Shown here: in pieces, positions 52,932 through 60,865 of the stretch | Numbering within the stretch: the stretch's first letter is position 1 | How the letters are laid out: the number at the start of each line of letters is the position of its first letter | DNA from: Gammaproteobacteria bacterium | Lineage (GTDB): Bacteria > Pseudomonadota > Gammaproteobacteria > Steroidobacterales > JACDCP01 | Assembly (NCBI GenBank): GCA_050740235.1 | Contig: JBOIDB010000072.1 | Coordinates: 972-64,971 of the forward strand | DNA: 64,000 nucleotides | Reading direction: 5' to 3' | Program-made: the position numbers and the translations under genes | The notes under the pieces: generated by a model | Told to the model about the DNA's origin: nothing | Database searches by the model: none | Seen by the model: the letters and a program-made list of their open reading frames with translations, nothing else

Positions 52932-54386
52932 TTGCGATCGACTGTCATTTCATTCGCTGTTCTTGCGGCTTGCGCGTGCGGGCCGCTCGAGCCTGCGGCT
53001 GCGGCCACGCTTCATCGCTACACGGCGAGCGTCGATCCGAAGCTCGAATCGATCGAGGTCCGCGCCTGTTTCGACGGCCCTGCACCTTCTCGGCTCGTGG
53101 CTTCTCGTGCCGCCACAGGAGCGCTCGCGCGCATTCCCCGAGTTGACGGCAGCGCCGGCGCGGTGCGCCGGCTCCACGGAGAGTTGCGGCTCGAGGATCT
53201 GTCGGACGATGCGTGCATCCTCTATGCGACACGGCTTCGGGACGTCATCGAGCGCGAAGGCCGATGGCGAACGGCCGGCGGAGAGATCATCACGAGCGCG
53301 GACGATTGGCTATGGCGGCCGCGGGAGCTGCCTGAGGACGCGGATATCGAGATTGCCTTTGTGACGGCAGAAGGCATGTCCGTCTCGGCACCATGGCCAT
53401 TGATCGAGCGAGTGTCAGGTCGCAGCGTATACCGGGTCGGTCATACGTCTCGCTACTGGCCCGCGCGCGTGGCGTTCGGCGATTTCGATATCGACACGAT
53501 CGAGGTGCCCGGGGCTCGCCTGCACCTGGCGCTGTTGCGCGGCATCGGGCAGGCCGATCACGATGCAGTCCGGCGCTGGCTCGGCGAAGCGGCGACGGCC
53601 GTCAGTACTTTGTACGGCCGGTTTCCGCTCGACTCGGCACAGATTCTCGTATTGCCCGCGAGCCGCAGCGGCGAGCCGGTGCCGTGGGCCCAGGTGCTGC
53701 GTGGCGGCGGGGCGTCCGCCCACTTCTTCATCAATGCCGTCGCCAGCGAAGCGGAACTGCGCAGCGACTGGACCGCGGCGCACGAGCTAAGTCATATGCT
53801 GATGCCGTACATCGACCGCGACGACGCCTGGCTTTCGGAAGGCTTTGCCAGCTATTTCCAGAACGTGTTGCGCGCCCGCGCCGGCCTTTTGAGTGCGGCC
53901 GAAGCATGGCAGAAGCTGGATCAGGGGTTTCAACGCGGCATCGACGGCACGGTGGAAGGCCGGTCATTGCGCGAGGCGAGCGGCAGCATGAACCGGGATC
54001 ACGCCTATATGCGTGTGTACTGGAGCGGAGCCGCAATCGCGCTCATGGCCGACGTTCGCCTGCGGCAGCAGTCGGACAACCGGCAGTCGCTCGGCACGGC
54101 GCTCGAGGCGCTGGGCACGTGCTGCCTTCCCGGCACCCGCACCTGGAGCGCTCACGAGCTGTTCCTCGAGCTGGACGAGCTGACCGGCACCGACGTCTTC
54201 AGCGACCTGTACGCCAGGTACGCCGATGCGCGGAAGTTTCCGGACCTGCGCGCCGTCTACGCGCAGCTCGGGCTCGTCGGCAGCGCCGATCGGTTGCGGC
54301 TCGAACCGGACGCGCCGATGGCAGGCGTGCGCGATGCGATCATGAGCGCGCCGCAGAAACTGGCGAACGGCAAACACCCGCAATAA
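52932..54386 (+). CDS. Secreted zinc metallopeptidase (gluzincin, HEXXH...E)
   Basis: TTG start preceded by AAGGAAAG. Signal peptide RSTVISFAVLAACACG. AAHELSHMLMPYIDRDDAWLSEGFASYF gives HELSH with a glutamate at the spacing expected for the third zinc ligand of M1/M61-like peptidases. Confidence 0.7.
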   Translation: MRSTVISFAVLAACACGPLEPAAAATLHRYTASVDPKLESIEVRACFDGPAPSRLVASRAATGALARIPRVDGSAGAVRRLHGELRLEDLSDDACILYATRLRDVIEREGRWRTAGGEIITSADDWLWRPRELPEDADIEIAFVTAEGMSVSAPWPLIERVSGRSVYRVGHTSRYWPARVAFGDFDIDTIEVPGARLHLALLRGIGQADHDAVRRWLGEAATAVSTLYGRFPLDSAQILVLPASRSGEPVPWAQVLRGGGASAHFFINAVASEAELRSDWTAAHELSHMLMPYIDRDDAWLSEGFASYFQNVLRARAGLLSAAEAWQKLDQGFQRGIDGTVEGRSLREASGSMNRDHAYMRVYWSGAAIALMADVRLRQQSDNRQSLGTALEALGTCCLPGTRTWSAHELFLELDELTGTDVFSDLYARYADARKFPDLRAVYAQLGLVGSADRLRLEPDAPMAGVRDAIMSAPQKLANGKHPQ

Positions 54387-54433
54387 AGCCGCCTTCATGC
54401 CATCCGGCGCGACGTGCGACAATCGCGTCCGCC

Positions 54434-55582
54434 ATGGGCAGCCAACGACACTTGAAACCGGAAACGCTCGCGATACACGCCGGCCGCAGGCCGGGCGCGG
54501 AATCCGGCGCCGTCACCCCGCCGATCCACCTGTCGACGACTTACGTGCGCGCGGCCGACGGCAGCCTGCTGCACGGACACAACTACAGCCGCGAATCCAA
54601 TCCGACGCGCGACGCGCTCGAAGCCGGCCTCAGCGCCCTGGAAGGCGGCCGCGCCGCCGCGGCCTTCGCTTCAGGCTCTGCAGCGGCTCTGGCCGTCTTC
54701 AACACGGTGGACCCGGGCGGGCACATTGTCGCCTCCGCGGACGCCTATCACGGCATCGTCCGGCAACTCCGTGAGATCGTCGCCCGCTGGGGCACAGTGG
54801 TCTCGCTCGCCGATGCCAGCGATCCGGAGGCGGTGCGCGCGGCGATGCGCAAGGACACGCGCCTGGTCTGGATCGAAACGCCGTCCAACCCGCTGCTCAA
54901 GATCACGGACATCGGCGCCCTTGCGGAAATTGCGCATTCCGGCGGGGGCGTCCTGGCCTGCGACAACACGTTCGCGACCCCGATCCTGCAGCAACCGCTC
55001 GCGCTCGGCGCGGATCTCGTCGTGCACAGCACGACGAAATACATCGGCGGGCACAGCGATATCGTCGGCGGTGTGGTCGTCGCCCGCGAGAACGACGAGC
55101 GCTTTGCGCGAATCCGGCACTTTCAGGCGATCGGGGGCGCGGCGCCTTCGCCGTTCGATTGCTGGCTGCTCCAGCGCAGTATTGCCACATTGCCGTGTCG
55201 AGTCCGCACCCAATCCGAGTCGGCGGCAACCATTGCGCAGTTCCTGATGCGACGCACGGACGTCGAGAGCACGCTCTATCCCGGACTCTCGACCCATGCC
55301 GGGCACGCGCTGGCGGCGCGTCAGATGAAAGCGTTCGGCGGCATGTTGTCCTTCTGCGTTCGGGGCGGCGCTGCGGAAGCACTGCGCGTCGCAGCCGGCG
55401 TTCGCCTGTTCACGCGCGCAACCAGTCTCGGCGGCATCGAGAGCCTGATCGAGCACCGCGCTTCCTCTGAAGGACCGCACACACGCGCGCCCGCCAATCT
55501 GCTGCGCCTGTCCATCGGGCTCGAGCATGCCGACGACCTGAAAGCTGATCTCGAGAACGCGCTCGACGCGGCCGCGCTCTAA
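54434..55582 (+). CDS. Cys/Met-metabolism PLP-dependent enzyme (cystathionine gamma-synthase / beta- or gamma-lyase family)
   Basis: From ATG 54434: ...ETLAIHAGR....GAV.PPIHLSTTY...SR..NPTR.ALE, then STTKYIGGHSD (PLP lysine region). The track ORF from 53393 is an over-extension. Confidence 0.85.
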   Translation: MGSQRHLKPETLAIHAGRRPGAESGAVTPPIHLSTTYVRAADGSLLHGHNYSRESNPTRDALEAGLSALEGGRAAAAFASGSAAALAVFNTVDPGGHIVASADAYHGIVRQLREIVARWGTVVSLADASDPEAVRAAMRKDTRLVWIETPSNPLLKITDIGALAEIAHSGGGVLACDNTFATPILQQPLALGADLVVHSTTKYIGGHSDIVGGVVVARENDERFARIRHFQAIGGAAPSPFDCWLLQRSIATLPCRVRTQSESAATIAQFLMRRTDVESTLYPGLSTHAGHALAARQMKAFGGMLSFCVRGGAAEALRVAAGVRLFTRATSLGGIESLIEHRASSEGPHTRAPANLLRLSIGLEHADDLKADLENALDAAAL

Positions 55583-55590
55583 CAGGATGT

Positions 55591-55748
55591 TGAAAAAGCC
55601 ATCCATGGCTTTTTCACCTTTGCGATCCGAAAAGTGTGATTTTCGGATCGCAAGCATTTTCAAGAACTTGCAGTTCTCGAAAATGGCGATGCATCCATGC
55701 ATCGCTTAGCAGGCTGCCAAAAAACAGAGTACTACAACAGCCTGCTAA
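55591..55748. repeat. Five contiguous hairpins in a convergent intergenic region
   Basis: H1 55591-55616 (11 bp, loop TCCA). H2 55621-55652 (13 bp). H3 55655-55685 (14 bp with 1 mismatch). H4 55686-55705 (8 bp, loop TCCA). H5 55706-55748 (11 bp, 21-nt loop). Gaps between hairpins are 0-4 nt. Confidence 0.9.
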
Positions 55749-55799
55749 ACGCCGGTATGTCTTGATCCCGAATCCGGCACCGTGGACGGCGACATTCGC

Positions 55800-56579
55800 C
55801 TAATCGCGAATTCCCACGCCGCGATTCATCAGGAACAGGCTGAAACCGAACAGCCCGACGACGAAACCGACGATGATCGCGTAGGCGGTGCCGAGGTTCA
55901 CGTCGGAGACGCCCAGCACGCCGTAGCGGAACGCGTTCACCATGTAGAGGATCGGGTTGGCCTTCGACAAGTCCTGCCAGAACTCCGGCAACAGCGAGAT
56001 CGAGTAGAACACACCGCCGAGGTAGGTGAGCGGCGTGAGAATGAACGTGGGCACGATGGTGACGTCATCGAATTTGCGCGCGAATATGGCGTTGATGAAG
56101 CCGCCGAGCGAAAACACGACCGCGGTCAAAAGGACCACCGACAGCGTGATGAGCGGATGCTCGAGCTCGAGATCGGTGAACAGCAACGCGATCGCGGTCA
56201 CGACGAGGCCGACGAGAAATCCGCGGGCGACGCCGCCGGCCACGTGGCCGAGGATGATCATCGAATTGGGCAGTGGAGAAACCAGCAGCTCCTCGATGTG
56301 CTTGCCGAACTTGGCGCCGAAGAACGACGAGACGACGTTGCCGTACGAGTTGGTGATGATCGACATCATGATCAGCCCGGGCGCTATAAACTGCATGTAA
56401 TCGAAGCCGCCCATCTCGCCTATGCGTGTGCCGATGAGGCTGCCGAAGATGACGAAGTACAGCGTCATGGTAATCGCCGGCGGCACGATGGTCTGCACCC
56501 AGATGCGCAGCACGCGCACGACCTCCTTGCGCAGGATCGTGTAGAGACCAATGAGGTCTTCCCTGATGCGCATGCTCAT
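55800..56579 (-). CDS. ABC-2-type transporter permease (YadH-like)
   Basis: 259 aa with six TM helices, typical of ABC-2 permeases. The start overlaps the ATPase stop. Confidence 0.85.
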   Translation of the reverse strand: MSMRIREDLIGLYTILRKEVVRVLRIWVQTIVPPAITMTLYFVIFGSLIGTRIGEMGGFDYMQFIAPGLIMMSIITNSYGNVVSSFFGAKFGKHIEELLVSPLPNSMIILGHVAGGVARGFLVGLVVTAIALLFTDLELEHPLITLSVVLLTAVVFSLGGFINAIFARKFDDVTIVPTFILTPLTYLGGVFYSISLLPEFWQDLSKANPILYMVNAFRYGVLGVSDVNLGTAYAIIVGFVVGLFGFSLFLMNRGVGIRD

Positions 56580-57502
56580 GGCGCGACGGCACCCTTCGCT
56601 TCCACGAGGCGCATAAACAGTTCCTCGAGGCGATTCGTCTTGTTGCGCATGCTGAGCACATGCAGGTTTTGCTCGGTGAGCATCGCGAACAGGCTATTGA
56701 TGCTGCGCTCGCGGGAGACGTCCACCTCGAGGCTCGTCTCGTCGATCATACGCACTTCATAGCCGTCGAGCCTGGGCGGCGTCTGCACGTGCTCACGCAG
56801 GTTGAGCACGAAGGTTTCCATCGTGAGCTTGCGCAGCACGTTCGCCATGCGGTCGTGCTCGATGATTCGCCCGCCGTCGATGATCGCGATGTTGCGGCAG
56901 AGATTCTCGGCCTCCTCGAGATAATGCGTCGTCAGGATGATCGTCGTGCCTTCGCGGTTGATCTTGCGCATGAACCGCCACATGGAGCGACGGATCTCGA
57001 TGTCGACGCCGGCCGTCGGCTCGTCGAGGATCAGCAGCCGCGGCTCGTGCACCAGCGCGCGAGCGATCATCAGGCGCCGCTTCATGCCGCCGGAGAGATT
57101 GCGGGAGATGTCGCCGCGTCTTTCCCATAGATACAGCTCTTTCAGATACTTCTCGGCGCGCTTCTTCGCGGCGCTGCGGGGTATGCCGTAATAGCCGGCC
57201 TGGTTGAGGACGATGTCGCCGACCTTCTCGAACTGGTTGAAGTTGATCTCCTGCGGCACGAGGCCGATGCAGGCCTTGGCCGCCTCCAGCTCGCGGTCGA
57301 TGTCGTGATCGAACACCTGCACACTGCCGCCGGTCTTGTTCACGAGCGAGGTGACGATGCCGATGGCGGTGGTCTTGCCCGCGCCGTTCGGCCCGAGCAG
57401 GGCGAAGAAATCGCCCTCGGCTACTTCCAGGTCGATCCCTTTGAGGGCCTGAACACCATTGCGATACGTCTTGGAGAGGTTTGCGAGCCTGAGAGCCGAC
57501 AT
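56576..57502 (-). CDS. ABC transporter ATP-binding protein (YadG-like)
   Basis: Walker A GPNGAGKTT, signature LSGGMKRR, Walker B LLILDEPT. Confidence 0.9.
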   Translation of the reverse strand: MSALRLANLSKTYRNGVQALKGIDLEVAEGDFFALLGPNGAGKTTAIGIVTSLVNKTGGSVQVFDHDIDRELEAAKACIGLVPQEINFNQFEKVGDIVLNQAGYYGIPRSAAKKRAEKYLKELYLWERRGDISRNLSGGMKRRLMIARALVHEPRLLILDEPTAGVDIEIRRSMWRFMRKINREGTTIILTTHYLEEAENLCRNIAIIDGGRIIEHDRMANVLRKLTMETFVLNLREHVQTPPRLDGYEVRMIDETSLEVDVSRERSINSLFAMLTEQNLHVLSMRNKTNRLEELFMRLVEAKGAVAP

Positions 57503-57547
57503 GGGGTCGGAATTATAGAGCCTCTCGCCCGCCTCTCCCCCGACTTC

Positions 57548-58198
57548 TCAGATCGACGTGTCCGCCGGCCGCCGGCGCGCCGCGATGCGGCGAATGCGGC
57601 CGGTGCGCTCGGCACAATGCGCGCCCAGCAGCTGGGTGCCGAGCACTCGCGCGGCGCCGAGCCGTGCCCGATCGCCGCTTTCGACGATTTCCATCAGATC
57701 CGTCCAGAAACTCGGATTGTCGTCGAACTGGGCGTGCAGCAAACCTGGCGACTGAGCGGCCACGCGCAGGAGCTCCGCCACCGGCAGCGAGCGGAAAATG
57801 CGTGCAGCCGCCGGCGGCAGGCCGAAGCAGAGGCGCGCCGCGATCGGATTGGTGGAGGTCAGATGCCACGCGTAAAAGAGGGCGAGCAGCGTGAATGCCT
57901 GCTGCCTCGGCTCGACTCGTACCGTCGATGGCCGCACCGCATACTTGTAGGAAGGCCGCGCCTCGCGCACGGCGTTCCAGAACTCGAGGTCGTCGAATCG
58001 CAGGCCGAACAGCGGGAACGGGCAAGCGCAGAGATCCTCCAGCAGATGGCGCGGCAGTCGCGCGATCCGCGCGCCGAGCGTCGCCGCAAGGCTCGCGCCG
58101 GCACCACTTTCCTGCAGGTGCTTGAGGAGCTGCATGAACGCCAGGTTGAGATCGAAGACTTCGGCCAGCAGGCGGCGGGTGAGGACCGGCTCGTACAT
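57548..58198 (-). CDS. Protein with two tandem FlhD-like repeats
   Basis: From ATG 58198, repeat 1 has LLAEVFDLNLAFMQLL...FPLFGLRFDD. Repeat 2 has IAARLCFGLPPAAARIFRSLPVAELLRVAAQSPGLLHAQFDD. Both resemble E. coli FlhD (LLKHIYDINLSYLLLA...MFRLGI...LVCHFRFD, recalled from memory). An alternative GTG start is at 58243. Confidence 0.6.
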   Translation of the reverse strand: MYEPVLTRRLLAEVFDLNLAFMQLLKHLQESGAGASLAATLGARIARLPRHLLEDLCACPFPLFGLRFDDLEFWNAVREARPSYKYAVRPSTVRVEPRQQAFTLLALFYAWHLTSTNPIAARLCFGLPPAAARIFRSLPVAELLRVAAQSPGLLHAQFDDNPSFWTDLMEIVESGDRARLGAARVLGTQLLGAHCAERTGRIRRIAARRRPADTSI

Positions 58199-58308
58199 CG
58201 TGCGAAAACTCCAGAGATGCTTGGGGTGGTCTGAAAATACCACTATACTTGACCAATATCAACATATGTGATAAAACGCCCACCGACATAACAAAAGGAA
58301 AAGCCGCC

Positions 58309-58884
58309 ATGCGCCTCACCGACGATCGGTATGCCCGCGAGCGCGCCCAGTTCGAGCTGGCCCTGAGGATGATCCGGCACGAGGCACGAACCATGACGAT
58401 CCGGGCCTGTACGGGGCTCTCGGATGACCGGATCCGCAAGCTGTACGCCACCTACTTCAAGCCGAATGCGCAATTCAAGGTGAAACGGCGCCGCGGCAAG
58501 TCGCCGCGACAGACCGCCTTTCTGGTGCGCAGCGCGCAGAACCAGCTCGAATCGACGACGCTGGTCATCCTGTTCGCGCTCTGCGCGCTCGTACGGGTCG
58601 GTCGCGACGGCCAGACGCTGGAAATCTCGAGCGACCGCGGGCTCGAAACCGGGCTACGCTTCTGCCGCGCCTATGAGACCTACGCGCGCTTGCACAGCCC
58701 GCCCCGGCTCTCATTCGAGTGGGCCTGGAACCTGCTCGGCGCGATCACGCGGCCGCACGAGCTGTATCTGTCGAGCTGCGGGCGCTGCGAGAATGTCTAC
58801 GTGCAGGATGCGCTCGCGCTCGATCCGCATATCTGCCCGTGCTGCCGCATCAAGTCCGCGGCCCGGCCGCCCGTCGCGATATAA
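58309..58884 (+). CDS. FlhC-family transcriptional regulator homolog
   Basis: ELALRMIRHEARTMTIRACTGLSDDRIRKLYATY parallels FlhC [34 protein letters not shown]. The four-Cys zinc site is preserved (SSCGRC...x16...CPCC). ATG 58309 is preceded by AAAAGGAAAAG. Confidence 0.75.
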   Translation: MRLTDDRYARERAQFELALRMIRHEARTMTIRACTGLSDDRIRKLYATYFKPNAQFKVKRRRGKSPRQTAFLVRSAQNQLESTTLVILFALCALVRVGRDGQTLEISSDRGLETGLRFCRAYETYARLHSPPRLSFEWAWNLLGAITRPHELYLSSCGRCENVYVQDALALDPHICPCCRIKSAARPPVAI

Positions 58885-58888
58885 TTCA

Positions 58889-58978
58889 GGGGAAATGGGG
58901 ACATTCCTGATTTTCTGAGCGAAACCAGCACCTCGGCTGTCGAACGATCCCGAAAATCAGGAATGTCCCCAATTTCCC
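58889..58978. repeat. Family-B inverted-repeat element B2
   Basis: GGGGAAATGGGGACATTCCTGATTTTC (58889-58915) faces GAAAATCAGGAATGTCCCCAATTTCCC (58952-58978) across a 36-nt spacer. It starts 5 nt after the FlhC-like stop codon. Confidence 0.9.
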
Positions 58979-59874
58979 GGAAAGCCCCGCCCCTGCCGAA
59001 CGTATTTTCCGGCCTGCACGTCGACCGCGTCGCGCACCGGCGACGGGATTCGGCGTGGATCGAGCGCGCGCTGGTCTCCTCACGCACGCGCTTCGTGCCG
59101 GTACAGGACAAGCTGAGCCTCGTAAAGAACGGCGAGCCGCCTCGCCCGGTCCTTCTCGATCACGATCAGATTGCGCGAGCCGGCCTGCAGGCGGGCTCGC
59201 CGATCTATCTCGGCCGATTCGGCGGGCACGACTGTTTTGCCTGCGCTCTGACCGCCGACGCAGCACCCGCAGCCGACCTCGGTGGCGAGTTTCAGGATCT
59301 GCATCGGGTCGGCGCGCTGCTCGAAACCGCCGACGCCACGCTGCTCGCTTATGCGCGCGCCATGGTGCTTTGGCACCGGAATCACCGGCACTGCGGGCGC
59401 TGCGGCGCGCCGATCGCCATCACCGAAGCCGGCCACGTGCTGGTCTGCTCGGATGAGCAATGCGGCACACAGCAGTTTCCGCGCCTCGACCCTGCGATCA
59501 TCGTGCTGGTCGCGGACGAGGAGCGCTGCCTGCTCGGACGCCAGGCCGGCTGGCCGGCCGGCCGCTACTCGACGATCGCCGGCTTCGTCGAGCCCGGTGA
59601 AAGCCTCGAGGATGCGGTCACGCGTGAAGTTCACGAAGAGACCGGCGTCGAAGTGCGCGACGTGCAATATCATTCATCGCAACCGTGGCCTTTTCCGGCA
59701 TCGTTGATGCTCGGCTTCTCGGCGCGTCCTGCCAGCACGGCCATCGAGCTTCACGACCGCGAGCTCGAGGACGCGCGCTGGTTCACCCGCGAGGAAATCG
59801 CCGCGGGCCGGGCGGGCTTCCCGCCCAAAGTCTCGATCTCGTTTCGCCTGGTCGAGGATTGGCTCTCGTCATAA
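58963..59874 (+). CDS. nudC: NAD(+) diphosphatase / NADH pyrophosphatase (Nudix)
   Basis: Zinc ribbon HCGRCGAPIAITEAGHVLVCSDEQCGTQQFPR. Nudix box GFVEPGESLEDAVTREVHEETGV, then SQPWPFP. ATG 58963 lies inside repeat unit B2b. Confidence 0.9.
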   Translation: MSPISRKAPPLPNVFSGLHVDRVAHRRRDSAWIERALVSSRTRFVPVQDKLSLVKNGEPPRPVLLDHDQIARAGLQAGSPIYLGRFGGHDCFACALTADAAPAADLGGEFQDLHRVGALLETADATLLAYARAMVLWHRNHRHCGRCGAPIAITEAGHVLVCSDEQCGTQQFPRLDPAIIVLVADEERCLLGRQAGWPAGRYSTIAGFVEPGESLEDAVTREVHEETGVEVRDVQYHSSQPWPFPASLMLGFSARPASTAIELHDRELEDARWFTREEIAAGRAGFPPKVSISFRLVEDWLSS

Positions 59875-59914
59875 GTATTGCCGGTGCGGCGGTCGCGAGG
59901 CCGTATTGTCCTAC

Positions 59915-59955
59915 TTCCCTCGAGTCGCTCCCCGATACTCGCTTGGTCGAGGGAG
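59915..59955 (+). repeat. Family-C hairpin, copy 4 (short stem)
   Basis: Core AGTCGCTCCCCGATACTCGCTTGGT (59923-59947) is 22/25 identical to copy 1. It is flanked by TTCCCTCG / CGAGGGAG (8 bp including one G-T pair). Confidence 0.8.
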
Positions 59956-59985
59956 TGGGGGCAATCCGCGACGCCTCGGTGGCAG

Positions 59986-60054
59986 CCGCTTATCCTCATC
60001 TGTTCCGACCGAGCCGGTATCGGGCGGCGAATCGGGACAGATGAGAATAAGCGG
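59986..60054 (-). repeat. Family-C hairpin, copy 5 (inverted, diverged loop, 18-bp stem)
   Basis: Arms CCGCTTATCCTCATCTGT (59986-60003) and ACAGATGAGAATAAGCGG (60037-60054) pair at 17/18 positions. The loop's reverse complement, ...ATTCGCCGCCCGATACCGGCTCGGT..., is ~19/25 identical to the family core. Confidence 0.7.
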
Positions 60055-60091
60055 CCTGCGGCGGATGCAAAAAACTGAATGGAGGGAGGCC

Positions 60092-60865
60092 ATGTGTCTG
60101 CTCGTATTCGCCCTCGACGCACATCCGCGCTACCGGCTCGTCTTCGCCGGCAATCGCGACGAGTATCATTCGCGCCCGACGGATCCGGCCGGCTGGTGGC
60201 GCGATCAGCCGGACGTGCTTGGCGGCCGCGATCTCGAAGCCGGCGGGACGTGGCTTGCCGTGTCCCGCGGCGGCCGCTTTGGCGTCGTCACGAATTACCG
60301 CGAGCTCACCGATGCCGGACCCGCAGCGCGCTCGCGCGGCGCGCTGGTGGCGGATTTCGCCGGCAGCCGGGCGACACCGGCCGAGTTCGGCGCTGCGCTC
60401 GCCGTGAACGCGCACCTCTATGCCGGGTACAGCCTGATTCTCGGCGACCGGGACGGGCTGCATTATTTTTCCAATCGCGCGCCGTCCTTGAGCCCGCTCG
60501 ACCGCGGCGTTCATGGCCTCAGCAATGAGCGGCTGAATACGCCTTGGCCGAAGCTCGAGCGCACGCGCCGGCGTTTCGAGGATCTGCTGGCATCCGGCGA
60601 GCCCGAGCCCGACACGCTGCTCGGGATGCTGGCGGATCGGCAGCCTGCTGCCGATGGCGACCGGCCCGATACGGGCCTCGATCCGGCGCTCGAACGTCTG
60701 CTCTCCGCGCCCTTCGTCGTCAGTCCGAGCTACGGTACGCGCTCGAGCACCGTGGTGCTGGTGGATCGAGCAGACTCGGTGCGTTTCAAGGAACGCCGAT
60801 TCGGACCGGACGGTGAATCGATCGGCGCGAGCGAGTTCGAGTTCCGCAGCGGCGTACCGCAATGA
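60092..60865 (+). CDS. NRDE-family protein (DUF833 / TANGO2-like)
   Basis: ATG 60092 preceded by GGAGGGAGG. MCLLVFALDAHPRYRLVFAGNRDEYHSRPT contains the family's Cys2 and NRDE motif. The track ORF from 59906 is an over-extension through the hairpins. Confidence 0.85.
   Translation: MCLLVFALDAHPRYRLVFAGNRDEYHSRPTDPAGWWRDQPDVLGGRDLEAGGTWLAVSRGGRFGVVTNYRELTDAGPAARSRGALVADFAGSRATPAEFGAALAVNAHLYAGYSLILGDRDGLHYFSNRAPSLSPLDRGVHGLSNERLNTPWPKLERTRRRFEDLLASGEPEPDTLLGMLADRQPAADGDRPDTGLDPALERLLSAPFVVSPSYGTRSSTVVLVDRADSVRFKERRFGPDGESIGASEFEFRSGVPQ

Noticed and set aside
57548-58884. FlhDC-like pair as a marker of an integrative conjugative element or a flagellar island in this window
   Set aside because: No integrase, relaxase, type IV secretion, partition or flagellar genes occur within the 64 kb. 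The flanking genes are ordinary metabolic or transport genes with the same composition. The pair is kept as a finding but not called a mobile element.
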